Shown: positions 8,942 through 19,306, counted from the stretch's first letter. The stretch is DNA of 64,000 nt from an uncultured Clostridia bacterium (GCA_944388035.1 CALXHF010000009.1:1147-65146), one strand, 5' to 3'. The notes: generated from the sequence alone by a model not told the origin. Made by a program: numbers and translations.

Positions 8942-9592
8942 ATGCAAAAAAAAGATGTATTTTTTACAACTGATGTATACCATAATTTAACAGATGAGCA
9001 AATTATAGATAAAGTAAACAATGGAGATGAAGAGGCATTAACATATATCTTAGAAAGGTATAAAGAATTAGTAAATATGAAAGTAAATAAATACTTTATA
9101 ATAGGAGCTGAAAAGGAAGATACTTTCCAAGAAGGTATGATAGGACTATATAAAGCAATAAAGAACTTTAATAAAGAAAAACAAAATTCTTTTAAATCTT
9201 TTGCAAATATATGTATAGAACGACAATTAATTACAGCTATAAAAAGTTCAAATAGACAAAAACATATTCCACTTAATTCATATTTATCATTAAATAAATC
9301 TGCCTATGATAATAATGAAGATGATAGTGTCGAATTATTTGAAACTTTTAATAATGGAACAATAGAAGATCCATTAGATACAATAATGAAGCAAGAATAT
9401 TATAAAGAAGTAGAAAACGCAATAAATAAAAATTTGAGTAAATTTGAAAAGCAAGTATTAGAAAGATTTTTAAAAGGTGAAAGTTATGTAAAAATTGCAG
9501 AAAAACTAGATTCACCTGTAAAATCAGTCGATAATGCAATCCAAAGGATAAGAAAAAAAGCAATCAAAAATATAACAAACCAGCCTTCATAG
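8942..9592 (+). CDS. sigH: RNA polymerase sigma factor SigH
   Basis: QEGMIGLYKAI, FANICIERQLITAIKSSNRQKHIPLNSYLSL and VKSVDNAIQRIRKK are SigH-diagnostic. Confidence 0.93.
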   Translation: MQKKDVFFTTDVYHNLTDEQIIDKVNNGDEEALTYILERYKELVNMKVNKYFIIGAEKEDTFQEGMIGLYKAIKNFNKEKQNSFKSFANICIERQLITAIKSSNRQKHIPLNSYLSLNKSAYDNNEDDSVELFETFNNGTIEDPLDTIMKQEYYKEVENAINKNLSKFEKQVLERFLKGESYVKIAEKLDSPVKSVDNAIQRIRKKAIKNITNQPS

Positions 9593-9713
9593 GTTGGTTT
9601 TTAATATTAATAGAAATATGAAGAAATTAAAGAAAAAACGTTTAAGATTTTCTAGACAAACAAAAAATATAGTGTTATACTTCTTAAAGAAAAATTAGAA
9701 AATATAAAAAACA

Positions 9714-10706
9714 GTGGGAGGAATTCAAATGTTTAATAATGAAATAGATAATGGTGTAAAAATAAAGGTATTAGGAGTAGGTGGAGGAGGAAATAACGCA
9801 GTATTACATATAATAAACAAACAAGTAAAAAATATTGAGAATTATCTAATTAATACAGAAATGGGAATATTAAATAAAATTAATTATAGAAACGTATTAC
9901 AAATAGGTAAAGAAACAACAAAGGGGCTAGGAGCAGGAGCAAATGAAACAGTTGGAGAACAAGCAGCTAGAGAAAACAAAGAAGATATAGAAAATATTTT
10001 ACAAAATACAGACATGTTGTTTATAACAGCAGGTATGGGAGGTGGAACTGGAACAGGTGCTGCACCAGTAGTTGCTGAAATTGCAAAAGAAATGGGAATA
10101 TTAACAGTTGGAATTGTAACAAAACCATTTATGTTTGAAGGAAAGCTAAGAAAAATGAGAGCAGAATATGGAATACAAAAGCTACAAGAAAATGTAAATT
10201 CTTTAATTGTTATTCTAAATGATAAGCTACTTAAAGTATCAAATAAAAATACTCCATTAAAAGAAGCTTTTTCTCTAACAAATGATGTAGTAAAACAAGG
10301 AATACAAAGTATAACAGATTTAATAACAACAGTAGGACAAATAAATCTTGATTTTGCAGATATAAAAACAATATTTAGCTATAAAGGAAAAGGATATATG
10401 GGAATAGGAACTTCAGAAGGAGAAGCAAGAGTAGAAGAAGCAATAAAACAAGCAATAGAAAACCCATTAACAGAAAACACTATAGATGGAGCAAAAGGTG
10501 TAATATTTAATGTGACAGGTGGAGAAAATTTAAGTTTATCTGAAATAGATAGTGCAATAAAAGTAATAAATGACAAAGTAGATGATGATGCAAATATTAT
10601 ATTTGGAACTGTTATAGATGAAAATTTAAAAGATGAAGTAAAAGTAACAGTAATAGCAACAGGAATAGAACAAAATAAAAAAGATGGGGCTTCCAACGGG
10701 AATTGA
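9714..10706 (+). CDS. ftsZ: FtsZ-family GTPase lacking the C-terminal linker and peptide (start may be ATG 9729)
   Basis: KVLGVGGGGNNA, GLGAGA, GMGGGTGTG, NLDFADI, VTVIATG. The stop codon lies in the antisense of the tRNA 3' half. Confidence 0.88.
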   Translation: MGGIQMFNNEIDNGVKIKVLGVGGGGNNAVLHIINKQVKNIENYLINTEMGILNKINYRNVLQIGKETTKGLGAGANETVGEQAARENKEDIENILQNTDMLFITAGMGGGTGTGAAPVVAEIAKEMGILTVGIVTKPFMFEGKLRKMRAEYGIQKLQENVNSLIVILNDKLLKVSNKNTPLKEAFSLTNDVVKQGIQSITDLITTVGQINLDFADIKTIFSYKGKGYMGIGTSEGEARVEEAIKQAIENPLTENTIDGAKGVIFNVTGGENLSLSEIDSAIKVINDKVDDDANIIFGTVIDENLKDEVKVTVIATGIEQNKKDGASNGN

Positions 10707-10730
10707 ACCCGTGACCTCTACCTTACCAAG
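10685..10730 (-). pseudogene. 3' half of the host tRNA-Thr(GGT), split by the element
   Basis: Minus strand CTTGGTAAGGTAGAGGTCACGGGTTCAATTCCCGTTGGAAGCCCCA: anticodon loop, T arm, 3' acceptor strand and CCA. No D arm upstream. Confidence 0.92.
10715..10730. repeat. att core, copy 1 (16-bp direct repeat)
   Basis: cctctaccttaccaag, identical to 26830..26845. Confidence 0.92.
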
Positions 10731-10854
10731 AATAAGGTGCGAGTGATATGTATAAATAAAAAATGATATGTATAGTTACGGAATACATTGAAAAATAAGG
10801 GATAAATCAAACATTAAAAAATTCTAATTTATAATTATGATTTTTGAAAAAGAA

Positions 10855-10878
10855 TTTTTTTAGAAATTTTTTAGAAAA
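10855..10878. repeat. Tandem TTTTTAGAAA motifs near the left att (candidate arm-type sites)
   Basis: Two tandem copies; the same motif recurs in pairs at 26520-26551 and 26652-26677. Confidence 0.5.
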
Positions 10879-11159
10879 GTATAACAGGTATATCTATTAT
10901 GAAAAATAATAAAAATAGAGATATTATATTGTATAAATAATGTAATATATGTAATTTTATATATGAAATATAAAGAAACAATATAAAAAGAATAATTACA
11001 ATAATATGTAATTTATTACAAAAATAATGTAATAAAAGTAAAATACTTAACTATAAATACTAGTTAAGTATTTTTGTTGGAAAGTAATACATTTTTATAT
11101 ACTATTTTAGGATAATTAATATATAAAATTAGTATAATGGAAGAAAGGAGAATTAGAAA

Positions 11160-11327
11160 ATGTCAATTTATACAATTAATGAATTAGTACCAGTATTAAA
11201 AAGAGGTCATAAAACTATTTTAAAATATGTAAAAGAAGGAAAATTACCTTCAAGTAGAGTAAATGGAAGATACTTAATAACAGATGAAGATATAAAAATT
11301 TTTTTAGAAGAAAATAAATATACTTAA
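11160..11327 (+). CDS. Excisionase-like helix-turn-helix protein, 55 aa (not in ORF track)
   Basis: RBS aaggag. MSIYTINELVPVLKRGHKTILKYVKEGKLPSSRVNGRYLITDEDIKIFLEE fits the HTH_17/Xis pattern. Confidence 0.8.
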   Translation: MSIYTINELVPVLKRGHKTILKYVKEGKLPSSRVNGRYLITDEDIKIFLEENKYT

Positions 11328-11712
11328 AATTTCATATAAGTTTTAAACATACTTTATATATCTTAATTATCAGAATGACATCAGATGAAATTTTATAATT
11401 AATTAAATAAATTATATATCTATGATATAAAAATGTATCAGATTTTATTGTGAAATTGTTTTAAAACAGCCTATTTACAAAGATGAAATGATGTTTTAAT
11501 ATTAAATAAACAAATGAAAAATGTTTATTTGTCAGACATTTAGAGAATTTATTTTATTATTTTGATAAATTCTCTACCCTCATTTTATTTTAGAAAGTAG
11601 GTGTTATAAATGAAGATATATTTTTATAATTTAATTTTAAATAGTTCGTGAACTCTCTATTGTTAAGCAGTAGAGAGTTTTATTTTTGAAATTTATATAG
11701 GGAGATGAGAAT

Positions 11713-12123
11713 ATGGAGTTAGAAAAAGCAAGTAAAGAAGAATTGAAAAAAGAAGCAGTAAAAAGATTAGAATTATTAAAAATGAACAGAAATATTATTA
11801 AAGAATTTGAAGAAGAAAATATTTTAAATAAATCAGAAGGAAGATTAGGAATATTATATTGGTTAGATGAAAAAGAGCAAAGTATGGTAAAAGAATATGA
11901 GAAAGAAAATGATGTTTTAGTATATCATATTATTAAAACATATACTTTAGATATTGGAAAAATATATGATTTATTATATTTAACAGATGAAAAAGAATAT
12001 TGGGAAGAAGAAAGATTAAGATTAGAATCTGGGTATGTTTTATCACATAGTATATCACAATTTAGTGAAAGTGGAGACATATTTGTAGAAAATAGAAATG
12101 GCGGTTTAGTTAGAATTTACTAA
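11713..12123 (+). CDS. Hypothetical protein
   Basis: 136-aa ORF with RBS ggggag. Confidence 0.7.
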   Translation: MELEKASKEELKKEAVKRLELLKMNRNIIKEFEEENILNKSEGRLGILYWLDEKEQSMVKEYEKENDVLVYHIIKTYTLDIGKIYDLLYLTDEKEYWEEERLRLESGYVLSHSISQFSESGDIFVENRNGGLVRIY

Positions 12124-12183
12124 TGTAATAGTTGAATAATTAAAATTTAATAAGTAGAGTAAAAACAAAGGAGAGATTAGAAA

Positions 12184-12672
12184 ATGGATAAAAAATTAGT
12201 AGAAAAATTAGAAGAATTAAATACAGAAGAGTTAATGAGCTTATTAGTAAAGAAAATGGGCTATGAATTTTCAAAAGAAAATATTATTGAAGAAAAAAGC
12301 AAAGATTACACGCAAAGAAAAGAAGAAATATATTCAGGATATTTGAAAGGGTTTGATGAAGAATTTGAAACTCATATAAAAAATAGAATAAAAGAAACAC
12401 CATTATTAATGGAATTATTTAATAAATTTGCAGAAGAAATATATAAACCAAATACAATACAAGAAATATCAAATAAAATTTGTTCAAGAATAGAAAGTGA
12501 ATTAGATAAAACATTGAATAAAGAACAGAAAAAATTATTTGAACAATGGAAATTTTGTGAAGATAAACTTTCAAATGATTTAGCAGAGCAAAGTTTTATA
12601 TATGGATATTTAATTAGTACAGAATTAAGAGAAGAGGCACGAAAACAATATCCATACAAAGAAAAAGAGTAG
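12184..12672 (+). CDS. Hypothetical protein
   Basis: 162-aa ORF with RBS aaggag. Confidence 0.7.
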   Translation: MDKKLVEKLEELNTEELMSLLVKKMGYEFSKENIIEEKSKDYTQRKEEIYSGYLKGFDEEFETHIKNRIKETPLLMELFNKFAEEIYKPNTIQEISNKICSRIESELDKTLNKEQKKLFEQWKFCEDKLSNDLAEQSFIYGYLISTELREEARKQYPYKEKE

Positions 12673-12682
12673 TTATAAAATA

Positions 12683-13054
12683 CTACTCATCAGATTTATT
12701 ACTATTATCTAAAAGAAAAGATAAGAAACGGTCGAAATATTTTTTATCTTCTTTGGATAAAGAATTATATTTACTATATAGTTCAGCAGATTTTTTAGTT
12801 TCAGAATTAGAGGAAAGATATTTAGTAGGTGTAGGAATATCAGTTATTCCTAAAAGATAATCAACAGAGCAATTAAAATAATTAGCAAGTTTAATAAGCA
12901 TATTAGGTTGGGGAAAAGAACTACCTAATTCATAACGAGAGATAAGTTCTTGGCTAACTTCTAAATCAGTACTTAATTTAACTTGTGTAATATGTCTACT
13001 TTCTCTTAATTTTTTAAGATTATCTAATCTATTTATTACATTACTATCGTTCAT
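12683..13054 (-). CDS. XRE-family HTH transcriptional regulator
   Basis: LKKLRESRHITQVKLSTDLEVSQELISRYELG...LANYFNCSVDYLLG. Confidence 0.9.
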   Translation of the reverse strand: MNDSNVINRLDNLKKLRESRHITQVKLSTDLEVSQELISRYELGSSFPQPNMLIKLANYFNCSVDYLLGITDIPTPTKYLSSNSETKKSAELYSKYNSLSKEDKKYFDRFLSFLLDNSNKSDE

Positions 13055-13161
13055 AAATCTATCCTCCTAAAATTATAGAAACATTATATAAGTATTTCTC
13101 ATAATAAAATGCAAAAATATTCATAACAAATATGAGAAATACTTGTAAAAAATACAATTAA

Positions 13162-14400
13162 ATGATATACTTTCAACAAAAAGAGTTGGAGGTATGTATC
13201 GTGGAAAGAGAGGAAAACAAATTGTTTAAATTCGCGACCAAAGAATTAAGTCAAGATGCTTTTATATGCTGGTGTATAAACTGGTTTAATTACAAAGAAA
13301 GTGTAAAGGGAAATAAAGACAAAGAAAAATTAGTTAAAATGTCAGAAGAAATTTTGAATAAAATTTTGGAAAATACAGACATTAACAGTTCTCATATAAA
13401 AGAGGTAAAAATAATAAGACAGTTTGAAAATATTGATATTACATTGGTTATAACAACAAAATCATCAAAACAATATATAGTTATTATAGAGGATAAAGTA
13501 GGTGCTAATCTAAATGAACACCAACAACAAGATTTATATGTAGGTAAATTAACAAAAGCACTAAAAGATAATAAAGAAAAACAAGATTTAATAGGTGTAA
13601 CAGAATTTAATGAAAAAAATATTATACCTGTATTTTGGAAAACTAGTGTATGGAACGAAGAAAAAGAAAAATTACAAAAAGAATTGAGCAAGAATATTGG
13701 AAAAGAAGTAGTATGTATTAATGGAAATGATACATTAGAATTATTGAAAGATTATATAAAAAGTTCAGAAATAGTAGAAGATTTTTATATTTGTTTACAA
13801 GATTATTTAAGAATAAATAATCAATTACTAGAAGATGAATATTGTGTGAAGAAGATAGTAGAAAATGAAAAAATAATAGAGGGAACAACATTTTCAAAGA
13901 ACTATTATGTATATAACTGCTTTTCAAAATTAATAGGAAAAGAATATACAGGAAAAAGCCACCCACAAACTGGTGGAAAAGTTTTAGATAAATTAAGTAA
14001 AAGAATATTAGAAGAAAAAGTTTTAAATAAAAGTAATAAGTTAGAAAGAAGAAATAATAAAGAAAATGTTGTTGCTGTTGATACTATTAGATTTTTCAAT
14101 TTTGGAACAAGTTACAAGAATAGATTATCAAAAGATAATAAAAAATGGTATGAAGAACTAGAACAAAAAATTGTAGACAAAGGAGAATTTTATACTAATT
14201 TAAGATACATATATTTATTTGCTAGAAAGTTAAATGTTTTTAGAAAAGAACAATATGAGTTTTTAGGACTTTATAAATTAATTGATTATGATAAGAAAAA
14301 TAAAACTAGAATATGGGAGAAGCAGGAATTACCTCATAATACAGTACCATTAAATGAAGATGAAATAATAAAGGTAATTAAAGGTATAGAGAATAAATAG
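13162..14400 (+). CDS. PD-(D/E)XK nuclease superfamily protein with extra C-terminal domain
   Basis: KELSQDAFICW...QFENIDITL...IVIIEDKV...HQQQDLY fits the PDDEXK_4-like pattern (D, then E-x-K). Confidence 0.7.
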   Translation: MIYFQQKELEVCIVEREENKLFKFATKELSQDAFICWCINWFNYKESVKGNKDKEKLVKMSEEILNKILENTDINSSHIKEVKIIRQFENIDITLVITTKSSKQYIVIIEDKVGANLNEHQQQDLYVGKLTKALKDNKEKQDLIGVTEFNEKNIIPVFWKTSVWNEEKEKLQKELSKNIGKEVVCINGNDTLELLKDYIKSSEIVEDFYICLQDYLRINNQLLEDEYCVKKIVENEKIIEGTTFSKNYYVYNCFSKLIGKEYTGKSHPQTGGKVLDKLSKRILEEKVLNKSNKLERRNNKENVVAVDTIRFFNFGTSYKNRLSKDNKKWYEELEQKIVDKGEFYTNLRYIYLFARKLNVFRKEQYEFLGLYKLIDYDKKNKTRIWEKQELPHNTVPLNEDEIIKVIKGIENK

Positions 14401-14413
14401 AAAAGAGTTAGAA

Positions 14414-15073
14414 ATGGAAAAATTAAAGCAAACATTTAGTAATTTTTATATAGATAGTAGCAATAAATATGTTTATGAATTTTTGAAAAATATTACTGAC
14501 AGAAAAAATGATTATTCAATAGTAATAATAAGTGGAAAAAACGGAATAGGAAAAACACACTTAATGGTGGCACTTGAAGAAAATATAAAAGACAAAGAAA
14601 AAGTAATAAGAATATCTAGTCAATATTTAAAGAAGAAAATAATAGAACAAATAAAAAATGAAAATTTAGACAATTTATTTAATAAAATAGATATTCTTAT
14701 TATAGAAGATATACAATTTCTATTTTCTATGGAAAGATTAGAAGAAGAATTTTATAAATTGATTAGAAAGTTTGCAAGTGAAAATAAAATGGTTTTAATG
14801 ACAATAGATAAAGAGAAAAATACAATAAAAAACATTGGTTTAATTAAAAGAATTATGAAAATTGACAAAAGTAAAAGTGTAATATTAAATATAAAACCCA
14901 AAATAACTAATAAAACCAAAATGAAAATAATTAAAGATTTTAATAGTATAAATCATAACAATATGACCAAAAACGAAATAACAGAATTAGCTAAAAAATG
15001 TAATAACTTTCAAGAACTAAAAAATGAATTAAATAATAAAGAAATATTATTTAATGTAAATAATGTTATTTAG
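14414..15073 (+). CDS. Stand-alone DnaA-like AAA+ ATPase domain
   Basis: FSNFYI..SN, Walker A GKNGIGKTHL, Walker B ILIIEDIQF, EEEFY. Lacks DnaA domain I and the DNA-binding domain IV. Confidence 0.75.
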   Translation: MEKLKQTFSNFYIDSSNKYVYEFLKNITDRKNDYSIVIISGKNGIGKTHLMVALEENIKDKEKVIRISSQYLKKKIIEQIKNENLDNLFNKIDILIIEDIQFLFSMERLEEEFYKLIRKFASENKMVLMTIDKEKNTIKNIGLIKRIMKIDKSKSVILNIKPKITNKTKMKIIKDFNSINHNNMTKNEITELAKKCNNFQELKNELNNKEILFNVNNVI

Positions 15074-15081
15074 GAAAAGAG

Positions 15082-15387
15082 TTGGAAATGAATAATTATT
15101 TTGAATTTAATGAAGAAGAATTTAGAAAAGAAATGTTAGAAATGTTTAATTATAAAGAAGATCCACTTTATGATAAAGATTTAGACATAATGTGTAACTT
15201 GAAAATTCGAAGAAAAGATTTAGGAAAAGAAAAGACTTTAAAATATAAAGTAAATAAAGAAATAAGACAAATAAAGCTACGTATTCCAAAAGAAATAGAA
15301 AATGGACAAAGTATAGTTTATATCAAAGAGGGAGAAAAGAAAAATAATAAATATGGAAATTTGATAGTTACAATTAAAATTAAATAG
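15082..15387 (+). CDS. Small protein resembling the DnaJ C-terminal domain
   Basis: IKLRIPKEIENGQSIVYIKEGEK...YGNLIVTI resembles the DnaJ-C V.IP.G...G..GDL.V pattern; no J domain. Confidence 0.55.
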   Translation: MEMNNYFEFNEEEFRKEMLEMFNYKEDPLYDKDLDIMCNLKIRRKDLGKEKTLKYKVNKEIRQIKLRIPKEIENGQSIVYIKEGEKKNNKYGNLIVTIKIK

Positions 15388-15465
15388 TTTTAATATAACA
15401 GATGATATGAGAATACAAACAGAGGTATTTTAAGATTAAAATAATATAGTTTTATAGGTAAAAAT

Positions 15466-16206
15466 ATGGATGATTTTGAAAATAAAATATTAAAAAAAGA
15501 AAAAGAATTAGAACAAATAGTAAATAAAGAAAAAGTATTGATAATAGTTAAAGGAAAAATGTTAAGTGGGAAAACGACATTAGTTTTAAATTTTATAAAA
15601 GAAATGTTAATGAAAGAAAATATAAAAATATTATTTTTTAATCTTAACATAGAGAAAAACTTAATATTTAAAGAATTAGAAGAAAAATATATTAATAAAA
15701 CTCTTTATATAGGTAACAACACAGAACTTATAAATATAAAAGAAATAATAAGAAAAAGTATAGAAAAAGTGCATAAAAATGGTATTAATTTAATAGTAAT
15801 GGATAGTTTGTGGACTATTCAAGTAGACAAATCTTTATTATTAAGTAGAAATGATGAAGAAAAATATATTTTAGAACATTTAAGGATATTAAGTAAAGGC
15901 TTGAAAATTCCTGTTATAATAACACAGGATGAAAGGGGAAAAGATTTAGAAATTATGACATTAAATGAAAAATATAATATGAATATAGATGATTATACAT
16001 ATTCAGTAAATGACAAAGAAATAACTTTTGAGGAATTTTTAGAAGAATATAAAAAATTATTTAGAACAGACATAGCATTTATAAGAGCAAAAGAAAGATT
16101 AAAAGAGAAATTAAATGAAACAGAATTTGCTAATTGGAACATCATAGGAAGAAAAGAAAATAAACACTTAAAAGTTACTAGAAAAAATATAAAAGGAAAT
16201 AAATAA
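15466..16206 (+). CDS. DnaB-like helicase C-terminal (RecA-fold) domain protein
   Basis: Walker A GKMLSGKTT, ILFFNL, LIVMDSL and LRILSKGLKIPVIITQ parallel DnaB motifs H1-H3. No DnaB N-terminal domain. Confidence 0.65.
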   Translation: MDDFENKILKKEKELEQIVNKEKVLIIVKGKMLSGKTTLVLNFIKEMLMKENIKILFFNLNIEKNLIFKELEEKYINKTLYIGNNTELINIKEIIRKSIEKVHKNGINLIVMDSLWTIQVDKSLLLSRNDEEKYILEHLRILSKGLKIPVIITQDERGKDLEIMTLNEKYNMNIDDYTYSVNDKEITFEEFLEEYKKLFRTDIAFIRAKERLKEKLNETEFANWNIIGRKENKHLKVTRKNIKGNK

Positions 16207-16207
16207 A

Positions 16208-17143
16208 ATGAAAGTAAAAAATGGAATAATTGGTTTTGTCGTTGGAGATACAATGGGTGTACCAGTCGAATTTAATAGCAGAGAAAGATTATTATTAAAC
16301 CCAGTAACAGAGATGTTAGAATATGGAACGCACAATATGCCAAAAGGTTGTTGGAGTGATGATACATCAATGACATTAGCAACAATGGATTCGATAATAA
16401 AATGTAAAGAAATAAATACAAATGATATGGCAGATAGATTTATAAAATGGTATAGAAATGGAGAATATACGGCAACTGGAATAATGTTTGATATTGGAAC
16501 AACTACTAAGCAGGCACTTATAAAATATCAAAGAGGAATTGATATAGCAAGTAAATGTGGTGGAGAAAGAGAATACGACAACGGAAATGGTTCAATAATG
16601 AGAATGCTACCAATAGCATATTATTGTTACTTAAAGAGTTTAGAAGATACAGAAATATTAAAAATAGTAAAAGAAGTTTCTAGCATTACACATAGACATC
16701 AAATTAGCATATTAGGTTGTTATATTTATGTAAGACTAGCAATGGAACTATTAAAAGGAAAAGAATTATTACAAGCATATCAAGAAATAAAAAAATTAGA
16801 TTATTCATATTTTACAGAAGATACAATATACAAATATGAAAGAATAATAAATAATGATATCGGACTTTATAATATTAATGAAATAAGTTCAAATGGATAT
16901 ATTGTAAGTACATTAGAAGCAGTTATATGGACTTTAATTAATAGTAAAAGTTTTAATGAAACAATTATAAAAGCTATTAATCTTGGAGAAGATACAGATA
17001 CAATTGGAGCTTGTGTAGGTGGACTAGCAGGAATATATTACGGAATAGAAAATATTAATCAAAAATGGAAAGACAATATTTTGAGATATGACTATATAAT
17101 AAATATATGTAAGGAATTTGAAAAAGTAATAAATAAATTATAA
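16208..17143 (+). CDS. ADP-ribosylglycohydrolase (DraG/ARH family)
   Basis: GDTMGVPVEF, WSDDTSMT, GNGSIMR, GEDTDTIG. Confidence 0.93.
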   Translation: MKVKNGIIGFVVGDTMGVPVEFNSRERLLLNPVTEMLEYGTHNMPKGCWSDDTSMTLATMDSIIKCKEINTNDMADRFIKWYRNGEYTATGIMFDIGTTTKQALIKYQRGIDIASKCGGEREYDNGNGSIMRMLPIAYYCYLKSLEDTEILKIVKEVSSITHRHQISILGCYIYVRLAMELLKGKELLQAYQEIKKLDYSYFTEDTIYKYERIINNDIGLYNINEISSNGYIVSTLEAVIWTLINSKSFNETIIKAINLGEDTDTIGACVGGLAGIYYGIENINQKWKDNILRYDYIINICKEFEKVINKL

Positions 17144-17158
17144 GAAAGAGGATAAGAA

Positions 17159-18553
17159 ATGGAAGAAAAGAAAAATAATAAGGTAGTAAAAGTTATAATA
17201 TTAATAGTTATAATAATAGCATGTATAGGAATTGGTATAGGTATATCATACTTTTTCATAAATAAACAAAATGAAAATAAACAAGGAAATAGCGAAAGCA
17301 ATGAAGATGTGATTTTAAATTCACAGGTTGGAAAATTATCAGAAAAAAGTTTTAATAATATGAAATCAAATAATGAAAAATTAGAGGAAACACAAAAAGA
17401 AATTTTAGAATATTATGACAATGATTATTTTGAAATTTATTCAACAGAAGCATTACAAAAATATCCACAAGTATTCAAAGACGCAAAATTAAAGATTACA
17501 CCATTAGTAGTAAAGAAAATAATAAAATCAACAGATGAAGAATATGAGGTGCTAGTTTCTGGTGGATATACTATGGAACAGTCAACAGAAGAAATAGAAT
17601 ATGCTTTAAAAGGAAAGCAATTAGAAGAAAGACTAATAGAAGGAGAATGTATTCAAGTATATGGAAAATATACAGATGTAAATACATATCAAGTAGATGG
17701 AAAAAGTTATACAGTACCAACTATAACTCCAATAAATATAGTTAGAGGTGATGAAAATAGGTTTAGTTTCGATACAATTAATACAGTGGCTAAATATATA
17801 TTTGGAAATGATATAAAAGTTACTGAACCGTCTGACGATGACTTTTTAAACGATTGGGAAGATAACGATATGCAAGTTGATTATTATAAAGTTACATTAG
17901 ATAATCAGTCAAATGCTAATTTTAAATCTTTTAAAATGTATGAAAATACTGGATATATTGATTATAATAGAACAGAAAATAATTTATCAGATAATGTTTC
18001 AAAAACATTAAGAGTGTCATCAGATTTTGAACACTTTATAGTTGAAACAAGAGATAGTAAATTAAATAAATATTATATTGATTATTTTGATAAATCTTAT
18101 AATAAGTTATGGAGTAGAGAATTTGACTGTAAACTGACAACTTCATCAGTTTCTACAATGGACTATACAACTGAAAAGATGGCTATTGTAGTAGATAATG
18201 ATTTGTATTTAATAGATTTAGAAACAGGAGAAGATATTATAGAACCTGTTATAGTAGGAACTAAAATGAAAGTAAATATGTTTGATGATGGAATAGTATT
18301 AATAGGAAATGAAAATAAAGACACAATAATGAAAGTAGATTTTAACGGAAACATTTTATATAGAGTAAATGCAGATACAAGTATGTCCATATCAGATGTT
18401 TATACACAAATAGTAAATAGTAAATTAGTTATAAGAATAATAGGTATGTCAAATGATGAAAATATTCAAAATACAAAAATGCTTGAAAAATATTTGGTTT
18501 TAAATGAAGATGGAAGTATAGAATATTCAACAAATGAAACTGAACGAATATAA
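17159..18553 (+). CDS. Membrane-anchored extracytoplasmic hypothetical protein
   Basis: One N-terminal TM helix followed by about 430 aa of soluble domain. Confidence 0.75.
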   Translation: MEEKKNNKVVKVIILIVIIIACIGIGIGISYFFINKQNENKQGNSESNEDVILNSQVGKLSEKSFNNMKSNNEKLEETQKEILEYYDNDYFEIYSTEALQKYPQVFKDAKLKITPLVVKKIIKSTDEEYEVLVSGGYTMEQSTEEIEYALKGKQLEERLIEGECIQVYGKYTDVNTYQVDGKSYTVPTITPINIVRGDENRFSFDTINTVAKYIFGNDIKVTEPSDDDFLNDWEDNDMQVDYYKVTLDNQSNANFKSFKMYENTGYIDYNRTENNLSDNVSKTLRVSSDFEHFIVETRDSKLNKYYIDYFDKSYNKLWSREFDCKLTTSSVSTMDYTTEKMAIVVDNDLYLIDLETGEDIIEPVIVGTKMKVNMFDDGIVLIGNENKDTIMKVDFNGNILYRVNADTSMSISDVYTQIVNSKLVIRIIGMSNDENIQNTKMLEKYLVLNEDGSIEYSTNETERI

Positions 18554-18745
18554 TAGTTTGTTTACAGATTTATTGATTAATGTAATACAATAAATATTCT
18601 AATACATAATTAAAATTTTATGAAATGTTAGAGTTCCAATACAGACTTAAAAACTATTTAAAATCTCTTGAAATAAATGTATTACAAATGGTTTACGATT
18701 TACATTTAATGTATTATAATAAACAAAAAGAAGGAGATTTTGTTT

Positions 18746-19306
18746 ATGAATACAGTTCAACCAATAAGAGATAGAGAAAAGTTAGAAGAAATGAAGGAAG
18801 AATTAAAAAAGAAAGGAACAAGAGATTATTTAATGTTTCTAACTGGTATAAATTCGGGTATGAGAGTATCAGATATAGTAAAGTTAAATTATGATGATGT
18901 TAGAAATCAAGACAAAACTATGAAACAATACATAACAGTAATTGAGACTAAAACAAAAAAATTAAAGAAAATCCCTTTGTGTAATGATTTACTTGTAGAA
19001 ATGGAGAAATATACAAGAAATATGACACAAAGGGAATATTTATTTAAAAGTAGAAAAGGAGAAAATAAACCAATAACTACTACACAAGCATATAGAATAA
19101 TAGTAGAAGCAGGAGAAAAGATAGGTTTAATGGAAATAGGAACTCATACAATGCGTAAAACTTTTGGATATTGGCATTATCAACAGTTTCATGATGTAGC
19201 ATTACTTCAAACTATTTTCAACCATTCAAGTCCTTCGATTACTTTAAGATATATAGGAATAAATCAAGAAAAAATAGATGATAGTTATAGAAACTTTAGT
19301 TTATAA
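18746..19306 (+). CDS. Small tyrosine recombinase (catalytic domain only)
   Basis: GMRVSD, HTMRKTF, NHSS and RY catalytic pentad. Confidence 0.9.
   Translation: MNTVQPIRDREKLEEMKEELKKKGTRDYLMFLTGINSGMRVSDIVKLNYDDVRNQDKTMKQYITVIETKTKKLKKIPLCNDLLVEMEKYTRNMTQREYLFKSRKGENKPITTTQAYRIIVEAGEKIGLMEIGTHTMRKTFGYWHYQQFHDVALLQTIFNHSSPSITLRYIGINQEKIDDSYRNFSL

Noticed and set aside
10379-10696. 105-aa minus-strand ORF
   Set aside because: Antisense shadow of ftsZ; no RBS or recognisable motif.
14414-15073. Chromosomal dnaA/oriC
   Set aside because: Only 219 aa, lacking the DNA-binding domain, inside a mobile element, with no dnaN or DnaA-box array nearby.
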